A stretch of 64,000 nucleotides of DNA from an uncultured delta proteobacterium (GTDB lineage: Bacteria; Desulfobacterota; WTBG01; CAIYCZ01), in contig CAWDOY010000025.1 of assembly GCA_963803975.1 (NCBI GenBank), positions 64,001 through 128,000 of the forward strand, read 5' to 3'. The notes below the pieces were generated by a model. The model did no database searches. It was given only the letters and a program-made list of their open reading frames with translations, and had not been told where the DNA came from. A program made the position numbers and the translations under genes. How positions within the stretch are numbered: position 1 is the stretch's first letter; every line of letters begins with the position of its first letter. Below are positions 54,631 through 63,733 of this stretch, in pieces.

Positions 54631-54888
54631 TTATTCAATGTTCCCCGCATACCCCTGGAACATCACGTGAGCATTCTGCATAACCTGGGTTATTGGAACA
54701 ATCCTGCCGTCCTCAACAATGACGGGCAAAGGCCCTTTTCCATATAAACGTATCAGTTCATTAAATCCCGCTTCATTTTTGCCGACATCCACCTCTCTGT
54801 AGTCAATGCCTTTTTCATTAAAATACTGTTTTATAACGCTGCAGTAGGTATCTGGGGACGTCGTATAAATTTCTCTTTTTCTGCACAT
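54631..54888 (-). CDS. Glutaredoxin-like protein lacking the N-terminal active-site Cys
   Basis: IYTT.PDTYC..+K.YF..KGI.Y.E+DV.......EL....G...+PVI. Confidence 0.7.
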   Translation of the reverse strand: MCRKREIYTTSPDTYCSVIKQYFNEKGIDYREVDVGKNEAGFNELIRLYGKGPLPVIVEDGRIVPITQVMQNAHVMFQGYAGNIE

Positions 54889-54975
54889 ATCACTCTCCCT
54901 TGAAAAAGCCTCAGTCAGCAAAAAAACTGAAGGGAACGTTTAGAATTGGGTTGTTCGATTGAATAAATTTTAGCT

Positions 54976-55341
54976 TTAAATATCCCCATTGTCTGTCAGG
55001 AAAGTTTGACACTTTGTGTAGGGAATGTTTGATTGATTAAGCTCCTCCATTCCCGCCGGGTGGAAAACGGTGTGGAACATCATTTCATAGGGCTCTTGGA
55101 GAAGGTTCATCGCCCCCCGAAGTACCTTGAAACGCCCTGACTTCAGGTGGCTCTTAAGGTTCTCCTGGGTATCCCATTCCTCAAGAAGACAGAGTTCATT
55201 TTCATCCTCCATACTCTGGCAAAAGTCGCAGCGCCGGCATCCCTTCTCCGTCCTTATGGAGCCGATCAGTGAAGCAATCGTCTGTGACAGCTCCATGCGC
55301 TTCTCAGAAAGAACCTTCATTCGTATGATGACCAGGATCAT
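54976..55341 (-). CDS. ABM-family protein, copy 2
   Basis: Near-identical to 47934-48278. Confidence 0.8.
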   Translation of the reverse strand: MILVIIRMKVLSEKRMELSQTIASLIGSIRTEKGCRRCDFCQSMEDENELCLLEEWDTQENLKSHLKSGRFKVLRGAMNLLQEPYEMMFHTVFHPAGMEELNQSNIPYTKCQTFLTDNGDI

Positions 55342-55353
55342 GAAGACGGTAAT

Positions 55354-55369
55354 TGCAAATGGTCTGCCA
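55354..55369 (-). promoter_or_regulatory. Sigma-54 -24/-12 promoter, copy 2
   Basis: Minus strand TGGCAG-ACCAT-TTGCA. Confidence 0.8.
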
Positions 55370-55469
55370 ACAACCGTGAAAAAATCAGAAGTTTTGAATC
55401 ATCCTTTAATAACAGGGGGTTAGATTGAATAGAAGAGAACAGCAGAGAAGTATGAAATGATCTGTTTGG

Positions 55470-55503
55470 CCTCAATATTTGGTGGAACCTCAACATATTG
55501 AGG
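55470..55503. promoter_or_regulatory. Pair of palindromic sites (candidate UAS), copy 2
   Basis: CCTCAA-TATT-TGGTGG and CCTCAA-CATA-TTGAGG. Confidence 0.6.
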
Positions 55504-55528
55504 GATACTTTGAAGGGAGGCGGACAGT

Positions 55529-57508
55529 CTAATCTGGTTCTTTTGTCTCCGGCCGGACTATCCCGAGCTTATGCATCCTCGCTCTCAAGGTGCTCGGGTG
55601 GAGGCCCAGGATCGCTGCGGCCCCGTCCTTTCCCTCGATGCGCCATCGGGTTTCCGAAAGGATTTTAAGAATTTGGTTTCGCTCCGTCTCTTCCAGGGTT
55701 CTCACGGCGGATGAAAGCGGGGGGGATGAAATCTCCAGTTTATCTGCCAGCTGCAAAACCGGCCCGGGGCACAAGATCACGGCCCGTTCAATGATGCTTT
55801 CCAGCTCCCGGACGTTCCCGGGCCACGGATAATCCTGCAGCGCCTTCATCGTCTCCTTCTGGATCGACGTGATCTGTTTGCCCAATTTCCTGGAATACCG
55901 CTCTATGAAGGCCTGGACCATCAGCGGGATGTCTTCTTTCCGCTGCCGTAGTGGCGGGACAGTGATGGGGAAGACGTTGAGCCGATAGTAAAGGTCCTGC
56001 CGAAACCGGCCCTTGCGGACCTCTTCCTCAAGGTTTCGATTGGTCGTTGCCACGATCCGCACATCGACTTTGATGGTATGGGACGAGCCCAGGCGCTCAA
56101 ACTCGTTATGCTGGATCACCCGGAGCAGCTTGGCCTGCATCTCCAGCGGCAGCTCCCCGATCTCGTCCAGGCAAAGGGTGGAACCATTGGCGATCTCGAA
56201 CCGGCCTATCTGCCGGGTATCGGCCCCGGTAAATGCCCCCTTCTCCCGGCCGAACAATTCGCTCTCGATCAAATTGCCCGGCAGGGCAGCACAGTTGACG
56301 GTGATCAGCGGCCGATCCTTGCGGGGACTCATGTTGTGGATGGCGGCAGCGATCAGCTCCTTTCCCGTACCGGTCTCACCGAGGATGAGGACCGTTGTGT
56401 TCGCAGGAGCAACCTGCTCCGCTCGATAGAGAACATACTTGAGACCATCACTTTGCCCGATAATATGCTCAAATTGATGTTTCATTTTGATCTCTTGACG
56501 GAAGTAAATATTCTCGGCCTCGAGTTGGTCTTTCATTGTTTTGATTTCAGAAAGAGCCGTCCGAAGTTCGACAGCTTGTCGTTCCAGTTCGTTGTGAGAT
56601 TTTTGTAAAGCCTCTGCTGTAAGTTTCCGTTCAGTGATATCGCGGATGTTACACTGAATCACTTTATGATGATTAACCAGATAGACATTACTGACAAATT
56701 CCACGGCAATTGTCCGCCCGTCTTTCGTCTCCAGCGGTAAATCATGGTAGCGAACATATCCTTTGCTCTTCAATTCCGAAGAGGTGGCTTTCGATGCTTC
56801 AATATCTCTAAAGGTGCCAATTTCCCAGAGTTTCTTCCCTAAGAGCTCCTCATGTGAATAACCCAACATTTCTACCAAGAATGGGTTAACATCCGCTATT
56901 TGTCCTGTCTCGGCATCGAGGATTAATATTCCATCTTGGGCTGCTTCAAAGAGACGGCGGTAGCGAGTTTCAGAATTCTTTAGCGCCTCCTCCATCTTCT
57001 TGCGCTCGGTGATGTCCACCATTACGGCGCACACCGCACCGGGCATATCCGTGTGCTGAAGGGCACTTATGGAAAGTAAGACAGGTACGGAATTTTCACC
57101 TCCGGTCTGTAAGGCCAGTTCCCCCTTACTGTTCCCCTTTAAACCCTGCTCAACCAATGCCTCAAATAATTGAAGGTCTGTTGATGAAATGTATTGGTAG
57201 ATTGAAGATCCTATTACTTTTTCCAGAGACTCTTTGACGATATCTGCAAAACGTTGGTTACAGAAAAGGATCGTGCCGTCGGAGGCCAGGGTGACGGCCC
57301 CTTCGTTCATGGTTTCGACCATGACCCTGTAAGGATGATCGGCGCCCGATAGGGTAAAGACCCGATCTCCTTCCGCCGTTGAGACAACCAGACCATCCAC
57401 CTCACCGCTTCGGATAGCGCGCAGCGTTTCCTCGGCTTCCATCATCCGCGATGTGAGTTCCTGCAACTCATCCAAAAGTTGCTGGCGTGTTCTATCCGAT
57501 TTGTTCAT
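55529..57508 (-). CDS. PAS-PAS sigma-54 enhancer-binding protein (FhlA/NifA-like AAA+ and Fis HTH)
   Basis: [62 protein letters not shown]. Confidence 0.96.
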   Translation of the reverse strand: MNKSDRTRQQLLDELQELTSRMMEAEETLRAIRSGEVDGLVVSTAEGDRVFTLSGADHPYRVMVETMNEGAVTLASDGTILFCNQRFADIVKESLEKVIGSSIYQYISSTDLQLFEALVEQGLKGNSKGELALQTGGENSVPVLLSISALQHTDMPGAVCAVMVDITERKKMEEALKNSETRYRRLFEAAQDGILILDAETGQIADVNPFLVEMLGYSHEELLGKKLWEIGTFRDIEASKATSSELKSKGYVRYHDLPLETKDGRTIAVEFVSNVYLVNHHKVIQCNIRDITERKLTAEALQKSHNELERQAVELRTALSEIKTMKDQLEAENIYFRQEIKMKHQFEHIIGQSDGLKYVLYRAEQVAPANTTVLILGETGTGKELIAAAIHNMSPRKDRPLITVNCAALPGNLIESELFGREKGAFTGADTRQIGRFEIANGSTLCLDEIGELPLEMQAKLLRVIQHNEFERLGSSHTIKVDVRIVATTNRNLEEEVRKGRFRQDLYYRLNVFPITVPPLRQRKEDIPLMVQAFIERYSRKLGKQITSIQKETMKALQDYPWPGNVRELESIIERAVILCPGPVLQLADKLEISSPPLSSAVRTLEETERNQILKILSETRWRIEGKDGAAAILGLHPSTLRARMHKLGIVRPETKEPD

Positions 57509-57518
57509 TGATTCGTAC

Positions 57519-57857
57519 TCATGAATTCTTGGGTTTCAGATCGATGCCTACAAGAAACCTTTCCGTATCCGACATGTCGCCGATGAGCTTCCGGAGCGGC
57601 AGGGGGAGTTTCTTGATGAGCGTTGGGGTGGCAATAATCTGCTCTCCCTTGGCCAGCTTGGGCTGCTGGTAGATGTCTATCACCTCGAGTTCGTAGCGGC
57701 CTGCCAGGTATTTTTCACAGAGTTTCTGGACATTGGCGATTGCCAGGGTTGACTTTGGGGTCATCCCTGTAACATACAGCCGAAGAACGTACTTTGCCCG
57801 GTCTCGCTTCGCTGCCGCTTTTTCGAATTCCTCAGTGCTCGTTTTCCCTCTTTTCAT
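57519..57857 (-). CDS. kaiB: KaiB-family protein (second copy)
   Basis: [14 protein letters not shown]+.N+..+CE..L.GRY.LEVID+.QQP.LA...QIIATPTL+K.LP.P+R++IGD+S. Confidence 0.95.
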   Translation of the reverse strand: MKRGKTSTEEFEKAAAKRDRAKYVLRLYVTGMTPKSTLAIANVQKLCEKYLAGRYELEVIDIYQQPKLAKGEQIIATPTLIKKLPLPLRKLIGDMSDTERFLVGIDLKPKNS

Positions 57858-57889
57858 TCTCCATCGCTGTTACTCCAAAATTGATTTTA

Positions 57890-58222
57890 TCATCCGGAGA
57901 CAGAACGAATGTCGAGTCCCACCAGCACGCGCTCTGTGTTGGCCAGATCTCCGATAATCTTTTTAAGCGGTTCAGGAAGCTTCCTGACCAGTGTCGGTAT
58001 GGCAATAATCTGGTCCCCTTTGGCAAGCTGGGGATTCTTTAAAAGGTCTATCACTTCAATGCGGTATTTCCCCGCAAGGTGCTCTTCGCAGATCTTCTTT
58101 AAATTGGCAAAGGCCGTAATCGATTTCGGGGTCTGACCGGCTACATATAACCGGAGATTCCAGATTTCTTCTGTCGCATCGGTCTTTGCTTTCTTCCCCT
58201 TTCCTGGTGAGACAGCTTTCAT
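57890..58222 (-). CDS. kaiB: KaiB-family protein (first copy)
   Basis: [43 protein letters not shown]+A+[10 protein letters not shown]. Confidence 0.95.
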   Translation of the reverse strand: MKAVSPGKGKKAKTDATEEIWNLRLYVAGQTPKSITAFANLKKICEEHLAGKYRIEVIDLLKNPQLAKGDQIIAIPTLVRKLPEPLKKIIGDLANTERVLVGLDIRSVSG

Positions 58223-59974
58223 CTTACTCTCCTTTCCCTCTTCTTTTTCGAGCGCTTCGCCGGCGGAGCTGAAGGTTTCCCCTTGCGAAGATGCGCCATT
58301 TCCAAACGGTCTTCTGCCAGGACAGCTTGTCTTTTTTGCTCTTCTTCCGCCATCAAATGCACCTCTTCAGTTTCCACATCGAACTCGGCACGCAGCGCTG
58401 CGATCTTTGTTTCCAGGGCATTCCTCTTGCGCTCCTGCTCGCGGAGCCTGCGATCCGCCTCACGCCGGCATGCCAGCTCAGAGGCCTTTTCCCCGGCTTC
58501 CTGGGCTGCCCGGGCACTGCCGGTTAATACCTCGCCGGAACCGGTATAGATGTCGATCAGGTCAATGCCCTGGTTCGTGAGCAGGAACTCTTGAATCTGG
58601 TTGGAGTGGGCCATGCCGCGGGACTTCAAAATGTAGAGGCCCCGGTTGCGTTCCCCGTTGAGTTCGATATCCCGGAGGAGAAGCCACGTATCGATCAGAG
58701 AAGATATCTCTTCGCTCGTGTGTTCAAGGCTGCCTCCAAAATGGGTGAGGTCCGTAAGGAAAGTAGAGATCTTTTTCATCTTCAAATAGTCGATCAGGCG
58801 CGTTAAGATGGATTTGACCTCTGATGCTGTTCCCGCGGCGCTCAGGTTGCTGATCGGGTCTACAATGAAAACCTGGGGATTGAACTCCTCGATCACCTTG
58901 TGGAAGGTGACAAGATGCATCTCAAGGCCGTAAAGCGAAGGCCGGGCTGAATGAAACTTGAGAAGCCCCTTCTTCACCCACCGGGCGAGATCGATGCCGA
59001 TGGAGCCCATGTTCCGGATGATCTGGCTGGGCGATTCCTCGAAGGCAAAATACAGGCAGCGCTCACCACGCCGGCAGGCGGCGTCGGCAAAGGTAGCCGA
59101 CAAACTTGTTTTGCCTGTGCCCGCCGTACCGGAGACGAGGATGGTGCTGCCCCGGTAGAACCCCTTCCCATCAAGCATTGCATCCAACTTGGGGACGCCC
59201 GTGGAGATGCGCTCCGTGGAAACGGGGTAGTCGAGCCCCAGGGAAGTGATGGGCAGGATAGAGAGGCCGCTCTCGTCTATCAGGAAGGGATACTCGTCGG
59301 CGCCGTGAGATGAGCCGCGGTACTTGACAATACGCAGGCGGCGGGTGGAAATTTGCTCCTCGATGCGGAAGTCGAGGAAGATCACGCAATCGGCCACGTA
59401 TTCTTCGAGCCCGTAGCGTGTCAGGAGTCTTGTCGCCGCTTTCCCCCGTAACGATGGCCGTCACACCGCGGTCTTTCAACCAGTGAAAAAGCCGGCGAAG
59501 CTCTGCCCGAATGATAGCGGCATTAGACAGCCCGGAGAAAAGTGCTTCTATGGTATCCAGGACAACCCGCTTCGCTCCGATGGAATCAATGGCATTCCCC
59601 AGGCGGATGAACAATCCTTCCAGGTCGTACTCACCCGTCTCCTCAATCTCGCTTCGCTCGATGTAGACGTGGTCCGTTGCGATGAGACCACGCGACATCA
59701 TGTCAGGGAGATCAAAACCAAGGGAGATGAAGTTCTTCGCGAGATCCTCCGGCGTCTCCTCGAAGGTCATGAAGACCCCGGGTTCTCCGTAATCCATGGC
59801 GCCCCGCATGAGAAACTCCATGGCGAAAAGTGTTTTGCCGCAACCCGCACTGCCGCAGATCAGGGTTGGCCTGCCTTTCGGAAGCCCTCCCTTCGTGATC
59901 TCATCGAGACCCTTGATGCCCGTCGGGCATTTTTCAAGAACATCAACATCATGTTTTGCCTTAACCATCGTCAT
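58219..59974 (-). CDS. kaiC: KaiC (double RecA domain; KaiC2-type SS site, C-terminal coiled coil); indel near 59425
   Basis: [66 protein letters not shown]. Confidence 0.96.
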
Positions 59975-60286
59975 CTCCCAGCACCTTTACTAATCTGAAG
60001 TAATACCTTTAAGAGTAAAATACTATTAAGACTGCTCAATAAAAACGCATTACAGAAATCATAATCCCCCCATCCGCCGCTGCCTTCTTCAAGGGGGGAA
60101 AGTGAGGGGAATGATGTCATTTTATTTATTGCGTTGTATTAATTTATCAAAAATTCCATTATCTCGCAATATAAAATGAATGCAGAAATATCAAACTGGT
60201 GGTTGCCTATGCTGTAGATAAACTTTCCTTCTGTTTCTTTGACGGTCACTTTGAAGGTCGCTATGTTGTTGTTGCCTTGGAGGAAC

Positions 60287-60489
60287 CATCGTGCAGCCGG
60301 GCAGTCTCCGCTTCTTCTCCTGTTATTCAGTCTCTTCTGCTATACCCGTTTGCCATCCGGTTCTATAGATGCCGTACTATCCATTCTCTGAATGTAAATC
60401 TACTGCTGCTATATGTTCGATCGTTATCCCCCCTGTAAAGTTTTTTACGGTACTTCCATCTTTATAGGAATTTTTAACGAATGGTAACT
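60287..60489 (-). mobile_element. Degenerate 5' remnant of an IS110-family transposase gene, copy 1
   Basis: Minus strand (I)EHIAAVDLHSENG*YGI/IEPDGKRV*QKRLNN; direct repeat of 61250-61450. Confidence 0.65.
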
Positions 60490-60581
60490 TTTAGATTGAT
60501 TCTCAGTTTGTTATATGAAATAGGGAGATGTAGTTCCTTAACCACTTTCCAACCCTACATGCTGCAATAGGAGGTTCGACT

Positions 60582-61202
60582 ATGCGCCAGATATGGGCTG
60601 CGGCCTGGCTTGCGACATTCCTTCTGGTGGACCAGGCGACCGCGGCTGACCAGGCCCAGAAGGCGGAAACCGCCAAGAGCAAGGCGGAGGTGCTGGAGAA
60701 GAAGGCCGCGCCCGATGGCAGTAAGGTGCTACCGACTCCGGCCCAGATCATCACTAAGCCCCAAGCGCAGGCGGTCGATTCGACCGGCAAAGAGCTCTTG
60801 GACGATGCGATCACCTGTCTTGCCCGCAGCATCTACTGGGAGGCCAAGGGCAAGAGTGATGCCGGCATGGAAGCCATCGCCAATGTCGTTATGAACCGGG
60901 TCGGCCATGAGGGCTTCCCAAACACCATCTGTGGAGTTGTCAAGCAAGGCCACGAGCAGGGTGCCTGCCAGTTCTCGTGGTGGTGCGATGGCCGTCCGGA
61001 TGACGCAGAGGAGAAAGAGTCCTACTCGCGCGCCAAGGAAATCGCCCGCAAGGCCCTCAACCGCCAACTCAAGGACCGAACCGGTGGTGCCTTGTATTTC
61101 CACAATCGGAAAGTAGCCCCCAATTGGTCCAAGGAATATATCAGGACGGTCGAGGTCGGCGAGCATGTCTTCTACAAACCGGCTGGCGGCGAGGCCAAAT
61201 AG
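60582..61202 (+). CDS. Cell wall hydrolase (SleB / Hydrolase_2 family)
   Basis: CLARSIYWEAKG, A+A.VVMNR+....FP.TIC.VV.Q, CQFSWWCDG, GALYFH, +GEH.FY. Confidence 0.92.
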   Translation: MRQIWAAAWLATFLLVDQATAADQAQKAETAKSKAEVLEKKAAPDGSKVLPTPAQIITKPQAQAVDSTGKELLDDAITCLARSIYWEAKGKSDAGMEAIANVVMNRVGHEGFPNTICGVVKQGHEQGACQFSWWCDGRPDDAEEKESYSRAKEIARKALNRQLKDRTGGALYFHNRKVAPNWSKEYIRTVEVGEHVFYKPAGGEAK

Positions 61203-61249
61203 GAGGAGGATTTGGATTTGGGGTCACCCATTAAAGGTTCCTTGTCAAG

Positions 61250-61450
61250 ATCGTACAGCAAGGCAGTCTCCGTTTCTTCTCCTGTTATTCAGCCTCTTCT
61301 GATATACCCGTTTGCCATCCGGTTCTATGATGCCGTAATATCCATTGTCTGAATGTTAATCTACTGCTGCTATACGTTCCATCGTTATTCCTCCTGTAAT
61401 ATTTTTTATGGTACTTCCAGCTTTACAGGAATCTTTAACGAATGGTAACT
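61250..61450 (-). mobile_element. Degenerate 5' remnant of an IS110-family transposase gene, copy 2
   Basis: AGGAGG RBS then MERIAAVD*HSDNGYYGIIEPDGKRVYQKRLNN (start 61382). Confidence 0.7.
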
Positions 61451-62807
61451 AATAATATTGCTCAAAGCATCGTTTCAGGGACGGCGAGTGTTTTAACTTG
61501 GCAAGCGCCTTGTCTTCAAGCTGCCGTATCCGCTCCCGCGATAAATTGAATCTGTGCCCGATCTCCTCCAGGGTATGCTCTGCGTCGATTCCGATACCGA
61601 ACCGCAGTTTGATGATTTCCTGTTCGCGGGGGGCAAGTATTTGCAGAGCCAGCTCTGCAGTTTGCAGACGCTGGTCCTTCAATATCTCATCAAGCGGTGA
61701 GGTGTTTGAGGGATCTTCAATAAAATATTTTAAGGGGCCGTCTACTTTTCCCACGGGGGTTTCCAGTGAAATGGTATCCTGCAATATCTGCTGTATCTCA
61801 TCAACATGTCTCGAGGAAATACCCATTGCTTCAACAAGCGATGACCGCACCGGCGCTTTGCCGGTGTCCTGTACGATCTGCCGGGTTATTTTTTTCATTT
61901 TTTTCAGCCGTTCATTTATATAGACCGGTAAGCGGACGCTGCTTCTCTGCCCGTCGATGCAGCGCACTATTGCCTGCCGTATCCACCAGGACGCATAGGT
62001 GCTGAAACGGGCACCCAGGCGATAGTCAAACTTTTCTGCCGCCCGCATCAGGCCGATGTTTCCTTCCTGAATAATATCAGCAAGCGGCATCCCCCAGTTT
62101 AAATACCGCCGGGCAAGGCCCACCACCAGCCGCAGGTTTGATTTCACAAGCCGGGCGCGTGCTCCCTGTGACCGTGCTTCGGCAGTTTCTATTGCCTGCA
62201 TCATGCGCAGTATTTCTTTTTCAGCTTTCACCTTCTGCCGCGCGTTTACACTTGCCAACATGCTTAATTTCTCTGAAGAATTGTGCGGTCTTTGAGCGCG
62301 CGAAGGTCGACCTGCGAAACAACCGCGCAAAACTCACTGACGATTTTCGCTTTGCTGCGGTTGAGCTTCCGGCGCTCATAGGAGCCGGGAACGCTCTTCT
62401 GTATCGAGCGCTCCAGCGTCTTTATTTTTTTCTGCAATGATAGCTGCTGTCATGCATGCCCGCACTATCGGATGCGCATCCGTTGCGGCAGTCAGGAAGC
62501 GCCGCTTATCAATGAGCTGCGCAACGTACAGCAGGAGCTGCCCGGTCAGCTCCTGCTTGTTCTTCTCCTGCTCCACGCTTTCTTTGCCCAGCGTAATTTC
62601 TTCCTGTGGTGTGAGCAGCACGCTGGTGCGCAGCTCCTTTAAGTAGGCTGACAGTATATCTTTATCCCGCGCCTCTCTGGTTGACTGAGCGGTTGAATCA
62701 TCCGCTGTATCTGCAGCCGCATCATGGCCGCTATTGAGCAATGGTTCATTCTCTTCAACGCTTATGATTTCTTCCAAGTGTGTATCCAATGCGTAAACAG
62801 TTTCCAC
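61449..62807 (-). CDS. RpoD/RpoS-like sigma-70 factor; indels near 62300-62430
   Basis: D.L.AYLKE+....LLT..EE..L, LV.SNLRLVV.+ARRY, D+IQEGNIGLMRAAEKFDY..G.RFSTYASWWIRQAI, TLEEIG..F.LSRERIRQ+E. Confidence 0.92.
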
Positions 62808-62853
62808 GTTCGCACCCCCTTTGAAAATGTTGTTGTCTCTTGTCTGTCCTCTG

Positions 62854-63306
62854 TCATCTGTCTTTGTGATGCGGTGCGCGCAGCACCAGCACCGGACAGG
62901 TTGCAAGTCTGATGACTTTCTCTGCTACTGAGCCGAAAATGAAATGGTGAAAGGCTGATTCCCCGTGAGTGGCAATGATAATAAGGCCCATGTTATTCTC
63001 ATCAGCACATTTCACTATCTCTGCCGCAGGGCTTCCCATTTTGAGTATGGGATGAATCTGCAGCTCGCCCCCACCATGCTCTGCGGCAATTTTTTGTAAT
63101 GCAGTGCGGGTAGACTCAATAAGTTCCTGCTCGAACGCGGGCAGGCTGATGGTCAGCTCAGCACTGAATGCGGTAACAGGCTCTACGACATGAATCGCCC
63201 ATACTTCACTGGATAATCTGGCAGCAAGCTCTTTCACTGTTTCAAGTGCTTTGTACGACGCCTCACTGAAATCAGTTGGCCAGAGTATTTTTTTTAACGG
63301 CAACAT
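62854..63306 (-). CDS. Universal stress protein
   Basis: KIL.PTDFS..S..AL, G.PA.EIV..A, LI+IATHG, FGSVAEKV+R.A.CPVL. Confidence 0.93.
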   Translation of the reverse strand: MLPLKKILWPTDFSEASYKALETVKELAARLSSEVWAIHVVEPVTAFSAELTISLPAFEQELIESTRTALQKIAAEHGGGELQIHPILKMGSPAAEIVKCADENNMGLIIIATHGESAFHHFIFGSVAEKVIRLATCPVLVLRAPHHKDR

Positions 63307-63451
63307 GCGCTGCGACTCCTTTCTTTATTGGCGCTCACTTCTGCATCTGGTAACGAAAGCTAATGGTAAAAGCTGTTTTATCTGCCCCCTAATTTACAAA
63401 TTCCCCGCAGCAAATGCAATTTGCAGAAACACCCATTTTTATATGGTTAAA

Positions 63452-63484
63452 ATACGTATTTTTCGTATGGGTAGAAATACGTAT
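63452..63484. promoter_or_regulatory. Inverted repeat upstream of the usp-sigma unit (candidate response-regulator site)
   Basis: ATACGTATTT-N13-AAATACGTAT perfect 10-bp IR; ATACGTATTTT recurs at 54580. Confidence 0.4.
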
Positions 63485-63486
63485 AA

Positions 63487-63733
63487 GGAGTTAGAGGAGT
63501 TGAGGAGTTGGAGTTGAGTAGCTGGGGAGTGAATCGGCTGAGTCGGTCGACAGCTGGCCTAGGCGACAGCCAGGCATGAGGCACGACGCTTCGCACAGGC
63601 TACGGTGAAGCAGGTGAAGAGGCATAACAAAAGGTAACGAGTTTAATAGGTAACTATAGCTTTTTTCCTCTAGCCATTTTCACGTTCCACTATTCACGTA
63701 TTCACTGTTCACTATCCACGGGCCACTAATCAG
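63487..63733. repeat. Mosaic 7/8-mer array
   Basis: (AGGAGTTG)n ... AGGTGAAG/AAGGTAA ... (TTCACGT/TTCACT)n + ACGGGCCACTAATCA. Confidence 0.75.

Larger units (their letters stand above)
54869..55552. repeat. ~680 bp direct repeat, copy 2
   Basis: Collinear with 47807-48485; includes the last codons of the sigma-54 activator and the first codons of the glutaredoxin-like gene. Confidence 0.92.

Noticed and set aside
57519..59974. A true self-sustained circadian clock
   Set aside because: No kaiA in the window and an SS-type KaiC. Sequence alone cannot show oscillation.
5124..62807. Apparent mass pseudogenisation or programmed frameshifting (rnc, rpsA, aroA, tyrA, hisC, pheA, kaiC, sigma, etc.)
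   Set aside because: Breaks hit essential genes, are isolated single-base shifts often in or near homopolymers, and leave catalytic motifs intact. Sequencing or consensus error is the simplest explanation.
45627..63615. Single degenerate REP-like snippets (45627-45664, 60064-60110, 63586-63614)
   Set aside because: They resemble common small palindromic repeats from memory, but each occurs once here and is too decayed to support.
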